In this document: piece by piece, positions 1 to 11,616 of the stretch
Numbering within the stretch: position 1 is the first letter of the stretch
Layout of the letters: each line of letters opens with the position of its first letter
DNA from: Polyangia bacterium
Lineage (GTDB): Bacteria; Myxococcota_A; Polyangia; Nannocystales; Nannocystaceae
Assembly (NCBI GenBank): GCA_030424595.1
Contig: JAUHWG010000011.1
Span: 193,130 to 257,129, forward strand
Reading direction: 5' to 3'
Length of the DNA: 64,000 nt
Program-made: the position numbers and the translations under genes
The notes under the pieces: generated by a model
Database searches by the model: none
The model's input: the letters and a program-made list of their open reading frames with translations, nothing else
Told to the model about the DNA's origin: nothing

Positions 1-597
1 ATCTACGAGGAGTCGGGCAACTACGAGGACGCGATCGTCTACTACGAGCGCTTCATCTCGGAGCCGCAGGTCGACCTCGACGCCAAGCAGGTGGCGCTCG
101 ATCGCCGCGACCTCGCGAAGGCGGTCGTCGAGATCCAGAAGAAGGACGACGAGCCGAAGCCGACCGAGACGACGCCGGTCGAGACGACGCCGGTCGAGAC
201 GACGCCGCCGGTCGAGACGACCCCTGAGGAGCCGCCTCCGGAGGAGGCCCCGCCCAAGAAGCCCCGCAACGTCCGGCCGGTCGGCTACGCCCTGCTCGGG
301 ACCGGCGCCGCGGCGCTGATCGGCGGTGCTGTCTTCGGCGGCCTCGCCAAGCGCGAGGAGACGAATTTCAAGACGGCGACCAACCGCGATGACGCTGCCT
401 TCGCCAAGGAGCGCGGCCAGAAGCTGGCGCCGGCGGCTGACGGTCTCTTCATCGCCGGTGGAATCCTCGCGGCCGCAGGGATCGTGATGCTGCTCGTGCC
501 CCAGCGCGGGAAGAAGGCGGAGCGGCGTGAGCGGGCGATGTTCGTGCCGCACGCGTCCCCCTCGCAGGTCGGCTTCGGCGTCACCGGGCGCTTCTAA
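1..597 (+). CDS. 3' part of a TPR-like membrane protein. It has an acidic/Pro-rich linker with a TPVETTPVETTPPVETT coding repeat, two TM helices, and the C-terminal motif ...GFGVTGRF. Paralog of the protein at 36368..37222.
   Basis: Open frame runs in from the window edge (IYEESGNYEDAIVYYERFISEP = TPR-like). Hydrophobic segments GYALLGTGAAALIGGAVFGGLA and LFIAGGILAAAGIVMLLV. C-terminal ...GVTGRF matches ...AISGRF of the 36368..37222 protein. GC3-biased codon usage. Confidence 0.55.
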   Translation: MYEESGNYEDAIVYYERFISEPQVDLDAKQVALDRRDLAKAVVEIQKKDDEPKPTETTPVETTPVETTPPVETTPEEPPPEEAPPKKPRNVRPVGYALLGTGAAALIGGAVFGGLAKREETNFKTATNRDDAAFAKERGQKLAPAADGLFIAGGILAAAGIVMLLVPQRGKKAERRERAMFVPHASPSQVGFGVTGRF

Positions 598-621
598 ATC
601 CACCTCAAGAGCTCATCTGTC

Positions 622-2178
622 ATGGCGCGACTTCCCCGTATGTTCACCGTGTGCTCCACCTTTCTCGGTCGCCACCGCATCGCGTTAGGGCTCGCAGGCG
701 CCCTGGTCGCGTCTGTCTCCGGCGCGTGCTCGGCCTCCCTGGACTTCTCGGAGTGCAGCAAGGACTCGGACTGCGACCGCTTCGACGGCGCCGAGCCGCT
801 GCGCTGTGAGAGCAACACCTGCGTCGCTGCGACCTGCTCGGACAACTCGACCTGTGCGAGCCTCGGCGACGATCAGCTCTGCGGTCTCGACGAGCTGTGC
901 GTGGACGCGCTCGAGGTCGACGGCTGCAAGTGGCTGGTGCTCCCTGGCGGCGAGATCAACGACAGCCTCACAGTGATCGGAGCGGTCTACGACGCCTCGT
1001 CCGCGATCGGCCCCCTCGTCCGGGCGTCCTTCGTGCTCGCGGTCGAGGACTTCAACGCCGGCGCAACTCTGGGCAACGGCAACCAGGTCGGCCTCATCGG
1101 CTGCGACAGCGGCGGTGATCTCGACCAGGCGAAGGACGCGGCGACTCACCTGGCGGAGAATGTCGGCGTGCCGGCGATCCTCGGGCCCCTCGAGGACGAC
1201 GCCTTTATCCACGTCGCGGAGAAGGTCAGCGTGAAGGCGGGCAACCTGATCTTCACCATGAGCCCGACCGCGATCGCGCCGAGCACCTTCTCCGACTCCA
1301 ACGTGGTCTGGCGGACGATCCCCGGCGCGGCCTACCACGGTCAAGCCATCGCCCAGCGGATCGCGGACGCTGGCTACGAGTCGGCGATCATGGTCTTCCG
1401 CGGCGACAACTACGGCCTCGGCCTCTACAAGGCCCTGACCGTCGAGGTCGGGGGACAGCAAGTGATCGAGGGGGTCAGCAACCAGTCGCACCTCTCGTAC
1501 AGCGTCGATGAGGACGGCTCCGGGCAGATCGAGACGCTCCTGACGGGATCTCCGAACCCGGACGTGATCGTCCTCCTCGGCGGGGATGAGGTCGGGGAGC
1601 AGCTGAAGAAGATCGTCGCCCTCGGCGTCCTGCCCAAGCGGATCCTCATCTCGCACGCGGGCCTTCGCGGGGTTCAGTCGGCGATCATCGAGGTGGGCGA
1701 CGCGGACTTCGCCGGGCGGATCGAGATGATCGCCCCCCTCTCAGCGCATCCGACCAACGCGCCGCTGCTCTACGAGCGCCTGCAGGCGACCAGCAACGTC
1801 GTCCTCGGGGCAGAGGCTCCGCTCGCCTACGACGCGGCGATGACGACATTGCTGGCGATGCGGGCGATCGACGGCGGCACGGCGATCACCGGGCCGACGA
1901 TCGCTCCGAGGATGAGCAAGCTGACCGCGGGCTCGCCGATCTCCTTCGGAGAGATCGAGGGCTACAAGTTCGTCAAGGCGGCCGCGGATGCGCTCGGCCT
2001 CGGCAACTCGATCGACGTCATCGGCACTAGCGGCGACCTGAGCTTTGTGCCGGAGTTTGGTCAACCCTGCGGTCCCTTCGTCGCCTGGGGCTTTGATGAT
2101 GTCGCGGTGCCGTTGCCGGTGCTTCGCAGCAGCTTCACGGTGAACTGCCCCGATACGACGGGGTCCTGGAGCTCCTAG
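622..2178 (+). CDS. Secreted/lipoprotein periplasmic-binding protein type I (ANF-receptor / Leu-Ile-Val-binding-protein-like fold) with a Cys-rich N-terminal module
   Basis: Signal peptide with a possible lipobox (ALVASVSGACSAS). Cys-rich segment CSKDSDCDRFDG...CVAATCSDNSTC. Core LIGCDSGGDLDQAKDAATHLAENVGVPAILGP...IFTMSPTA typical of Peripla_BP_6. No ABC permease or ATPase genes adjacent. Confidence 0.7.
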   Translation: MARLPRMFTVCSTFLGRHRIALGLAGALVASVSGACSASLDFSECSKDSDCDRFDGAEPLRCESNTCVAATCSDNSTCASLGDDQLCGLDELCVDALEVDGCKWLVLPGGEINDSLTVIGAVYDASSAIGPLVRASFVLAVEDFNAGATLGNGNQVGLIGCDSGGDLDQAKDAATHLAENVGVPAILGPLEDDAFIHVAEKVSVKAGNLIFTMSPTAIAPSTFSDSNVVWRTIPGAAYHGQAIAQRIADAGYESAIMVFRGDNYGLGLYKALTVEVGGQQVIEGVSNQSHLSYSVDEDGSGQIETLLTGSPNPDVIVLLGGDEVGEQLKKIVALGVLPKRILISHAGLRGVQSAIIEVGDADFAGRIEMIAPLSAHPTNAPLLYERLQATSNVVLGAEAPLAYDAAMTTLLAMRAIDGGTAITGPTIAPRMSKLTAGSPISFGEIEGYKFVKAAADALGLGNSIDVIGTSGDLSFVPEFGQPCGPFVAWGFDDVAVPLPVLRSSFTVNCPDTTGSWSS

Positions 2179-2196
2179 CGCGGGGAGCACCGCGAG

Positions 2197-2233
2197 CAAG
2201 AGCGCCCAGGGGCCTGGCCTCTGGGCGCTCTTG
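2197..2233. terminator. Perfect 13-bp inverted repeat (CAAGAGCGCCCAG ... CTGGGCGCTCTTG) with an 11-nt loop, lying between two convergent genes. Candidate bidirectional terminator hairpin with no U-run.
   Basis: Read directly: 2197-2209 is the reverse complement of 2221-2233. It sits between the stop of the + gene (2178) and the stop of the - gene (2263). Confidence 0.4.
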
Positions 2234-2262
2234 CGTGGGGGGCGGGGGCTGCTAGCTCATGG

Positions 2263-4072
2263 CTAGGAGAAGAGGTCGGGATCCATGCAGGTCTCGTCGC
2301 CGCTTTGGATGATCTTGCCGAGGGCGATCGCCTGCGGCAGCAGCGAGGTGATGTAGAAGTCGAGGTTGAGCAGCTTGCCGCGGAGGTAGGGGCTCGCGCC
2401 CTCGGCCTCGATCTTGCGCTTGGCGATGACGGCTTGGTCGATCGCCTCGACGCCGAGGAGGACGATGCCGAACATCCGCAGGAAGGGCGTCGCCTGGATC
2501 ATCGCCGTCTCGACCTTGCGAGTGCGGCCGAGGTTCGCCAGGTGCATGGCCGTCGCGGCGAGCATCTGGACGACCTTGGAGAGCGCCGCCGACTGGGGGA
2601 TGAACCCGGCCTTGGCGGCGTCGCGGAGCATCGACTCGGTGGCCTGCATCCAGTCGATGAAGAGGGCGCCGGAGCCGACCCGCATCTTCCGGCCGAGCAG
2701 GTCCATCGCCTGAATGCCGTTGGTCCCCTCGTAGAGCGACATGATCTTGGCGTCGCGGACGAGCTGCTCGACCGGGAACTCCTGGGTGAAGCCGTAGCCG
2801 CCGTAGACCTGGACGGCGATCGTCGCCATCTCGTAGCCGACGTCGGTGCAGAGGCCCTTGAGGATCGGCACCAGGAGATCGACGCGACCGCTGAGCCGCT
2901 TGGCCTCGTCGGGATCCTTGCTGTGCTCGGCGAGCTCGGCGTAGAGCGCGAGGCGGGTGCAAAGCGCCCGCATCGTCTCGGCGTGCACCTTCATGAGCAT
3001 CAGGTTGCGGCGGACGTCCGGGTGCTCGACGATGGCGACGCGCTTGGCGTCGGGGTTCTTCAGGTCGCGGAGCGAGGTGCCCTGGATCCGCTCGTTGGCG
3101 TAGGCGCGGGCGAAGTTGTAGGCCGAGGTCGCGATCCCCATGCCCTGGACGGCGACGCCGATCCGGGCCTCGTTCATCATCATGAACATCAGCTCGATGC
3201 CTTGGCGCTCCTGACCGATGAGCCAGCCGCGGCAGGGCGCCTTGGTCCCGAGCCCGAGGGTGCAGGTCGCCGAGCCGTTGATCCCCATCTTGTGCTCGAT
3301 GCCGAGGACGTGGGCGCCGTTGCGCTCGCCGAGGGTGCCGTCCTCGCCGATCCAGAACTTCGGGACGATGAAGAGCGAGAGCCCCTTGGTGCCGGCGCCG
3401 GCGTCCGGTGTCCGCGCGAGAACGAGGTGGAGGATGTTCTCGGTGAGGTCTTGGTCGCCGCCGCTGATGAAGATCTTCTCGCCCTCGAGGAGGTACACGC
3501 CCTCCTCGTCGGTCGGGGTCGCCTTGCAGCGGTTGTCGCCGACGGAGGAGCCCGCGCCGGACTCGGTGAGGCACATCGTCCCGCCCCACTCACCGGCGAA
3601 GAGCTTGCCGGCGAAGAGCTCGCGCTGGCCCTCGGCGCCGTAGTGGAGGATCACACGCGCTGCGCCGGCGGTCAGCCCCGGGTACATCGTGAAGGCGGTC
3701 GCAGACCCGCAGAACATCTCGCTGATCGTCGTCGCGATCGGGAAGGGGAGACCGCCGCCGCCGTGCTCGACGGGGGCCGAGACGGCGACCCAGCCGCCCT
3801 CGGTGATGGTGTTCCACGCCTCTTTGTAGCCCTTGGGGGTGGTGACGTTGCCGTCGCTGTCGACGGTGCAGCCCTCGCGATCGCCCGGGCCGTTGATCGG
3901 TCCGAGCACCTCTTCGGCGATCCGCTTGGCCTCGCTGAGGGTGGCCTCGTAGATCTCTCGGTCGAGCTCTGCGTAGGGGGCAAGATCCCCCATCGCTTCG
4001 TGGAGCTTGAACTGCTCAAAAAGGACGAAGCGGATGTCGTTCAGATCGGCTGTGTACCTGGTGCTGCTCACG
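2263..4072 (-). CDS. Acyl-CoA dehydrogenase, long ~600-aa form (FadE/AidB-like)
   Basis: Motifs GWVAVSAPVEHGGGGLPF, MYPGLTAGAARVILHYGAEGQRELFAGKLFAGEWGGTMCLTESGAGSSVG, and YGGYGFTQEFPVEQLVRDAKIMSLYEGTNGIQAMDLLGRK (C-terminal ACAD signature). Start chosen at GTG 4072, preceded by AGGAGG 4 nt upstream. An ATG at 4153 (MPAGRY...) is an alternative start. Confidence 0.85.
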
Positions 4073-4227
4073 CGGCCTCCTGACCCGGCTTGCGGGTCCG
4101 TAAGCTTCCATACTTCGATGTCGGCGTAGCGTCCAGCGGGCATCGCCGGCCCAGGTTGTCGCAGGCCGCGCGAGCGGCGATAGAATCGCCAGCGCGCCCG
4201 CCTCTCCCCGCGCGCTTGCGCCCCCTG

Positions 4228-4839
4228 ATGCCCGTCATTCTCCTCAACAAACCCTTCCAGGTGCTGACCCGCTTCACCGATCCGAAGGGGCGGGCGACAC
4301 TGGCGGACTACGTCGATCGGCCCGGCTTCTACCCCGCCGGGCGCCTGGACTTCGACAGTGAGGGGCTCCTCGTCCTCACGGATGATGGGGCGTTGCAGCA
4401 TCGAATCAGCGATCCGCGGCATAAACTGCCGAAGATCTATTGGGCGCAGGTGGAGGGGGAGCCGAGCGCGGAGGCGCTCCGAAGGTTGGCGGAGGGGGTC
4501 GAGCTCCGTGACGGCCGAAGCGCGCCCGCGGAGGCGCGACGCCTGCCTGCGCCGACTGTGTGGGAGCGAGACCCACCTATCCGCTACCGAGCCTCCATTC
4601 CGACCACCTGGCTTGAGATCATCCTCCGGGAGGGGCGGAACCGTCAGGTGCGAAGGATGACCGCTGCGGTTGGGCACCCGACGCTGCGGCTCATCCGCCA
4701 GGCGGTGGGGCCGTGGAGCATCGCCGGTCTCGCGCCCGGAGAGTGGCGTGACGCGGCTCCCGAGACGCTCGCGGCGGTCATCCGCGGAGGGGGGCGACGG
4801 AGCCAGCAGCGGCGACGCAGGAGCCCTCCACGTCGCTAG
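4228..4839 (+). CDS. rluE: 23S rRNA pseudouridine synthase, RluE/RsuA family
   Basis: MPVILLNKPFQVLTRFTD...AGRLDFDSEGLLVLTDDGALQHRISDP...KIYWAQVEG matches the RluE consensus (FNKPF.VL.QFTD; GRLD.DSEGLL.LT..G.LQ). ATG at 4228. Confidence 0.75.
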   Translation: MPVILLNKPFQVLTRFTDPKGRATLADYVDRPGFYPAGRLDFDSEGLLVLTDDGALQHRISDPRHKLPKIYWAQVEGEPSAEALRRLAEGVELRDGRSAPAEARRLPAPTVWERDPPIRYRASIPTTWLEIILREGRNRQVRRMTAAVGHPTLRLIRQAVGPWSIAGLAPGEWRDAAPETLAAVIRGGGRRSQQRRRRSPPRR

Positions 4840-4927
4840 GAGGGGGCGCTGTTCATGCGTCGTCCTCGTCGCGGCCTTGGCGGGGTGAGGTTTGCTTTTA
4901 CCGTTTTCTCGGCCGTGATAGCGTCTC

Positions 4928-7627
<2,700 letters not shown>

Positions 7628-7670
7628 GGCCCGTCGTCTCTCGCCGTTCGTGGTAGGAGAACCGGCGACG

Positions 7671-8978
7671 ATGCGGGTCGCGATCACCACCCACGGCTGT
7701 CGCCTCAACCAGTCGGAGGGCGACTCGATGGCCCGCAGCGCTCGCGAGGCGGGCCATGAGATCGTCGAGCTCGACGACGCTCCTGAGGTCGTGGTCGTCA
7801 ACACCTGCACGATCACCCACAGCGCGGACGCCGACGCGAGGCAGGCGATCCGTCGGGTCGCAGGCCGCTGGCCCACGGCGAAGATCGTCGCCACCGGGTG
7901 CTACGCCAACGGCGACCCGGAGGCGTTGCGAGCCCTGCCGGGCGTCGCGGTGGTCGTCGGCAACCGGGAGAAGGAGTCCTGGCTCGATCACCTCGGCCGT
8001 GCGGACGACGGCGAGGTGGACGTCGTGGTCGGCGATCTCAGCCGTCGCGTGCGCCTCGCTCGTCTCCGTCCGGCGATCGATCCGCGACGAGCCCGGGCGT
8101 TCCTGAAGATCCAGGACGGCTGCAACTACCGCTGCGCCTTCTGCATCGTCCCCAAGGTTCGCGGGCGGAGCACCAGCGTCGGCTCCTCCGTGCTGGTAGA
8201 GCAGCTGCGCGAGCTCGTCGAGGCGGGCGCTCCCGAGGTGGTGCTCACCGGCGTCCACCTCGGGACCTACGGCTGGGACCTGCGGCCGCGGATCGATCTT
8301 CGGGAGCTGGTGCGGCGCCTCTTGAGCTCCTCGCCGAGCGCCCGTCTGCGCCTCGGCTCGATCGATCCGCACGAGCTCGATGACCGGCTCATCGAGCTGC
8401 TCGCCGCGTCGCCGAGGATCTGTCGCCACCTGCACCTGCCCGTCCAAAGCGGCGACGATCGGGTGCTTCGGCGGATGCGGCGGGCCCACCGGGTCGCGCA
8501 CCTCGAGCGTCAGGTGCCGCGGGCGGCCGCTGCGATCCCCGGCGTGGCGATCGGCACCGACGTCATCGTCGGCTTTCCCGGGGAGGATGAGGTGGCCTTC
8601 ACCAACACCTACGAGCTGCTCGAGGCCTTGCCGATCGACTACGCCCATGTGTTCAGCTACTCGGCGCGCGCGGGCACGGAGGCCGCGTCGATGCCGGATC
8701 CGGTGGCGCCCGAGCGGATGGCTGAGCGCTCTCGACGGCTGCGGAAGCTCTCCTCCGACAAGTGGCTGAGCTTCACCCGGCGGGGGATCGGTGAGCGTGC
8801 GTCCGCGGTGGTCTACCGCCGTCGTGATCGTCGGACGGGGCAGCTCATCGCCCTGACGGACAACTACATCAAGGTGCAGGTGGACGGTGCGGACGCCCTG
8901 CTCGGTCGGCGGGTCGAGCTCGAGATCGAGGAGGTCTCGGCCGAGGGTCGCGCTCGCGGACGGATCTGCGAGGGATAG
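7671..8978 (+). CDS. mtaB: MiaB-like radical-SAM methylthiotransferase, probably the tRNA (t6A37) methylthiotransferase MtaB
   Basis: MTTase N-domain (MRVAITTHGCRLNQSE...VVVNTCTITHSAD). Radical-SAM CxxxCxxC (QDGCNYRCAFCIVP). TRAM-like C-terminus. Length 435 aa. Confidence 0.75.
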   Translation: MRVAITTHGCRLNQSEGDSMARSAREAGHEIVELDDAPEVVVVNTCTITHSADADARQAIRRVAGRWPTAKIVATGCYANGDPEALRALPGVAVVVGNREKESWLDHLGRADDGEVDVVVGDLSRRVRLARLRPAIDPRRARAFLKIQDGCNYRCAFCIVPKVRGRSTSVGSSVLVEQLRELVEAGAPEVVLTGVHLGTYGWDLRPRIDLRELVRRLLSSSPSARLRLGSIDPHELDDRLIELLAASPRICRHLHLPVQSGDDRVLRRMRRAHRVAHLERQVPRAAAAIPGVAIGTDVIVGFPGEDEVAFTNTYELLEALPIDYAHVFSYSARAGTEAASMPDPVAPERMAERSRRLRKLSSDKWLSFTRRGIGERASAVVYRRRDRRTGQLIALTDNYIKVQVDGADALLGRRVELEIEEVSAEGRARGRICEG

Positions 8979-8993
8979 ATCGAGGCACCCCGG

Positions 8994-9023
8994 CGGACTC
9001 AGAGGTCGATGAACATGCCGTCG
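8994..9023. repeat. 30-bp near-identical direct copy of the MBL-fold gene's 3' end (9066..9095), placed 72 bp downstream of that gene
   Basis: GGACTCAGAGGTCGATGAACATGCCGTCGC versus GGACTCAGAGGTCGATGATCATGCCGTCGC (1 mismatch); read directly. Confidence 0.6.
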
Positions 9024-9069
9024 CCACGCTCTCCGAAGGACCGCGTGGAGCCGGGGACGTGCGGGGGAC

Positions 9070-9885
9070 TCAGAGGTCGATGATCATGCCGTCGCGAGCG
9101 GCGACGAGGCCCGGCATCTCGCGCTTGGCGGCGTTCTCGATCGCCAGGAGCATCTCGTCGTCGTGGCCGGGATCGTGGCTATAGAGGACCAAGCGGCCGA
9201 CGTTGGCGGCGCGGGCGAGCTTGATCGCCTCCATGTACGTCGAGTGACCCCAGCCCTGCTTGCCGGCCTTGTACTCCTCGCTGGTGTACTGGGCGTCGTA
9301 GATCAGGACGTCGGCGTCTCGAGCGAACTCGGCGAGGGTCTCGTTGATCCCCTCGGCGTGGTGCTCAGTGTCGGTGGCGAAGACCACCGAATGTCCGTGC
9401 TCGTCGATCCGAAACGCTGTCGACTCCTGCGGGTGGGGCAGGGGGATGTTGCGGACCGTCGCCTCGCCGAGCGGCACGCCGGCGTCGCTGGAGAGGAGGT
9501 GGAAGCCTCGCTTGGCCAGCATCGCGTCGAGCGTCACCGGGAAGAAGGGCGGCCGCATCTGGTTTTGCAGGATCGCCTTCGCGTCCTTGGTGCAATAGAT
9601 GTCGAGGCTGAAGGTCGGGATGTACGAGGGGACGAAGAAGGGGAAGCCCTGGATGTGATCCCAGTGCGCGTGGGTCAGGAAGAGGTGAACCGCGCGCGAG
9701 TGGAGATCCGCCGTCCGGGCGAGCTGCAGGCCGAGCTCACGGATCCCGGAGCCGGAGTCGATGATCATCGTGTCCGTGGTGCTCGCCAGCTTGATCTGGA
9801 GGCACGGCGTATTGCCACCGAACTCGGTGTACTTCGGCCCTGAGACCGGAATGCTGCCTCTAGTGCCCCAAAACACTACCTGCAT
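9070..9885 (-). CDS. MBL-fold metallo-hydrolase (metallo-beta-lactamase superfamily)
   Basis: HxHxDH motif (LFLTHAHWDHIQGFPFF) and overall beta-lactamase-fold pattern (VVFWGTRGS...IIDSGSG). Confidence 0.8.
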   Translation of the reverse strand: MQVVFWGTRGSIPVSGPKYTEFGGNTPCLQIKLASTTDTMIIDSGSGIRELGLQLARTADLHSRAVHLFLTHAHWDHIQGFPFFVPSYIPTFSLDIYCTKDAKAILQNQMRPPFFPVTLDAMLAKRGFHLLSSDAGVPLGEATVRNIPLPHPQESTAFRIDEHGHSVVFATDTEHHAEGINETLAEFARDADVLIYDAQYTSEEYKAGKQGWGHSTYMEAIKLARAANVGRLVLYSHDPGHDDEMLLAIENAAKREMPGLVAARDGMIIDL

Positions 9886-10063
9886 GGGGCCCTGTCCTTC
9901 GTGGGCTGCATGTTTGGCGATGATAGCCCGTGAAGAAATCGCGGCGCAAGGGCGGGAGAAAGACAGAGGGGCTCTCTGGAGGCGTTTTGCTGGCCCTGCG
10001 AAAACGCTCCCTCACAGCGCGGAGCTGCGCACGGGGGGGCGGACCTGGCCTGTGTCCTGGCGC

Positions 10064-11275
10064 TCATCCGATGATCATGTCCTCTCGGCGGCGGCCGGGC
10101 GGGTGCTGGCTGCGAACGGGGTCCCAGCGGCTCAGCATCGGGTGCGATTCGCCGCACAGGAGCCAGCGGGCGACCAAACCGGTCACGGCGGGGGCCATCA
10201 TGAAGCCGTGGCCCGTAAACCCGCACAGTTGGACGAGATTGGGGTGCCCGGGCGTCGAGCCGACATAGGCGTCCCCGTCCGGGGACACGTCGTAGAGACC
10301 GCTCCATTGGCGGAGGATCTTGAGCGAGCGTGTGATCGGCATGAGCGCGGTGAGGCGCGCCGAGAGGACGCTGAGGAAGCGGAGCGACGAGTGCATCGAG
10401 AGCGATTCGTCGTCGTAGCCGGCGAGATCGGGGAGAGAGATCCCGGTCACCAGCTCGCCGCGGGTGCTCTGGGAGAAATAGAGGCCGCTGTCGAGATCGA
10501 CGACCAGCGGATCGAGGAAGGGGCGGAGGGGCTCCGACGAGAGGATCTCGTGGCGGTGGGGGCGGTTGGGCAAGGAGATCCCGAGCTCGCGGTGGAGCTC
10601 GTTGCTCCACGCGCCCGTCGCGTTGACCACCCGCGCGGCCCGGAGCCGTTCGCCGGTCGACAGCCTCAGCGTGTAGCCCTCGCCTGTCAGCTCGAGCTTG
10701 TCGACCCGGGTGTGGGTCCGGACGAGGACGCCGCGGCGGATCGCCTGCGCCGCGTAGCCCCAGACGAAGGGCCAGGGGAAGACGACGCCGTCGTCGGGGT
10801 TGAAGGTCGCGACCTGGACCATCGACGGGTCGAGGTGGGGGACGACCGCCAGGGCCTCGGCGGGCGAGAGGAGGCGGGTCGGCGCGCCGACATCGCGGTG
10901 GAGCTCGGCGTTGCGGTAGAGGCGCTCGCTCGCCGCCTCGGAGCGGGCGATGAAGAGGTAGCCGCCCTGGCGAAACCACAGGTTGATCCCGAGCTCCTGC
11001 GCGAGGCCGCGGCAGAGATCGATGCTCTCCATCATCAGGGCGACGTTGCCGGCGTCGGCCCATTGCATGCGCAGCCCGCCGCCGTTGCGACCGGAGGCGC
11101 CGCTGACGAGATAGGAGCCCTCGAGCACCGCGATCGAGGGCCGCTCCGATCCCCGCTTGGCGGTCTTGCCGATCTTCGCGAGGTGGTAGGCGAGCCCGAG
11201 GCCCATCACGCCGCCGCCGACGATGGCGATGTCGACGGCCTCTGGGAGCGGCGTGCTCGGGCTGCCGAGGCTCAT
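10064..11275 (-). CDS. FAD-dependent oxidoreductase, DAO family. Beta-like subunit of the HcnC / LhpB / sarcosine-oxidase-beta type.
   Basis: N-terminal Rossmann fold DIAIVGGGVMGLGLAYHLAK. Length 403 aa. 4-bp ATGA overlap with the upstream 2Fe-2S gene. Confidence 0.8.
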   Translation of the reverse strand: MSLGSPSTPLPEAVDIAIVGGGVMGLGLAYHLAKIGKTAKRGSERPSIAVLEGSYLVSGASGRNGGGLRMQWADAGNVALMMESIDLCRGLAQELGINLWFRQGGYLFIARSEAASERLYRNAELHRDVGAPTRLLSPAEALAVVPHLDPSMVQVATFNPDDGVVFPWPFVWGYAAQAIRRGVLVRTHTRVDKLELTGEGYTLRLSTGERLRAARVVNATGAWSNELHRELGISLPNRPHRHEILSSEPLRPFLDPLVVDLDSGLYFSQSTRGELVTGISLPDLAGYDDESLSMHSSLRFLSVLSARLTALMPITRSLKILRQWSGLYDVSPDGDAYVGSTPGHPNLVQLCGFTGHGFMMAPAVTGLVARWLLCGESHPMLSRWDPVRSQHPPGRRREDMIIG

Positions 11276-11616
11276 GGGTCGGGCTCCTCAGCGGCGGTGT
11301 CCGGATCCCTGTGGACGGTCCAGTCGGCGGACGAGTCGGCGAAGAAGGGCGGCTGGGTCCCCGCGAGGGCGCCGAAGGTCACGGGCTCGGCCGGCGGTCT
11401 CGCGGTGAAGGGCTGGATCGTCGACGGGTCGGCGAGGCCGCGGCGGACGAGCAGGCAGGCGAGGGGACCGATGCACTCGCGGCCCTGGCAGGGGCCGGTG
11501 CCGAGCCCGGTGTAGCGCTTGATCTCCTCGACGCTCGTGAGGTCCTCGTCGATCGCGTGATCGATCTCGGAGAGCGTGACATCCTCGCAGCGGCAGAGAA
11601 AGACGCGGTCGGTCAT
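11272..11616 (-). CDS. Small BFD-like [2Fe-2S]-binding protein (HcnA / LhpF-gamma-like)
   Basis: Cys pattern CRCEDV...GPCQGRECIGPLAC. 114 aa. Overlaps both neighbours by 4 bp, which suggests translational coupling. Confidence 0.7.
   Translation of the reverse strand: MTDRVFLCRCEDVTLSEIDHAIDEDLTSVEEIKRYTGLGTGPCQGRECIGPLACLLVRRGLADPSTIQPFTARPPAEPVTFGALAGTQPPFFADSSADWTVHRDPDTAAEEPDP

Noticed and set aside
2305-4083. 592-aa ORF antisense to the acyl-CoA dehydrogenase gene
   Set aside because: Low-complexity R/G/A/D/E-rich translation with no motifs. It is a typical GC-rich antisense artefact, while the opposite strand carries clear ACAD signatures.
9761-11515. 584-aa + strand ORF and 395-aa - strand ORF (9876..11063) overlapping the DAO-like oxidoreductase
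   Set aside because: Both are compositionally biased shadows. The minus-strand frame chosen has a Rossmann fold and is translationally coupled to its neighbours.
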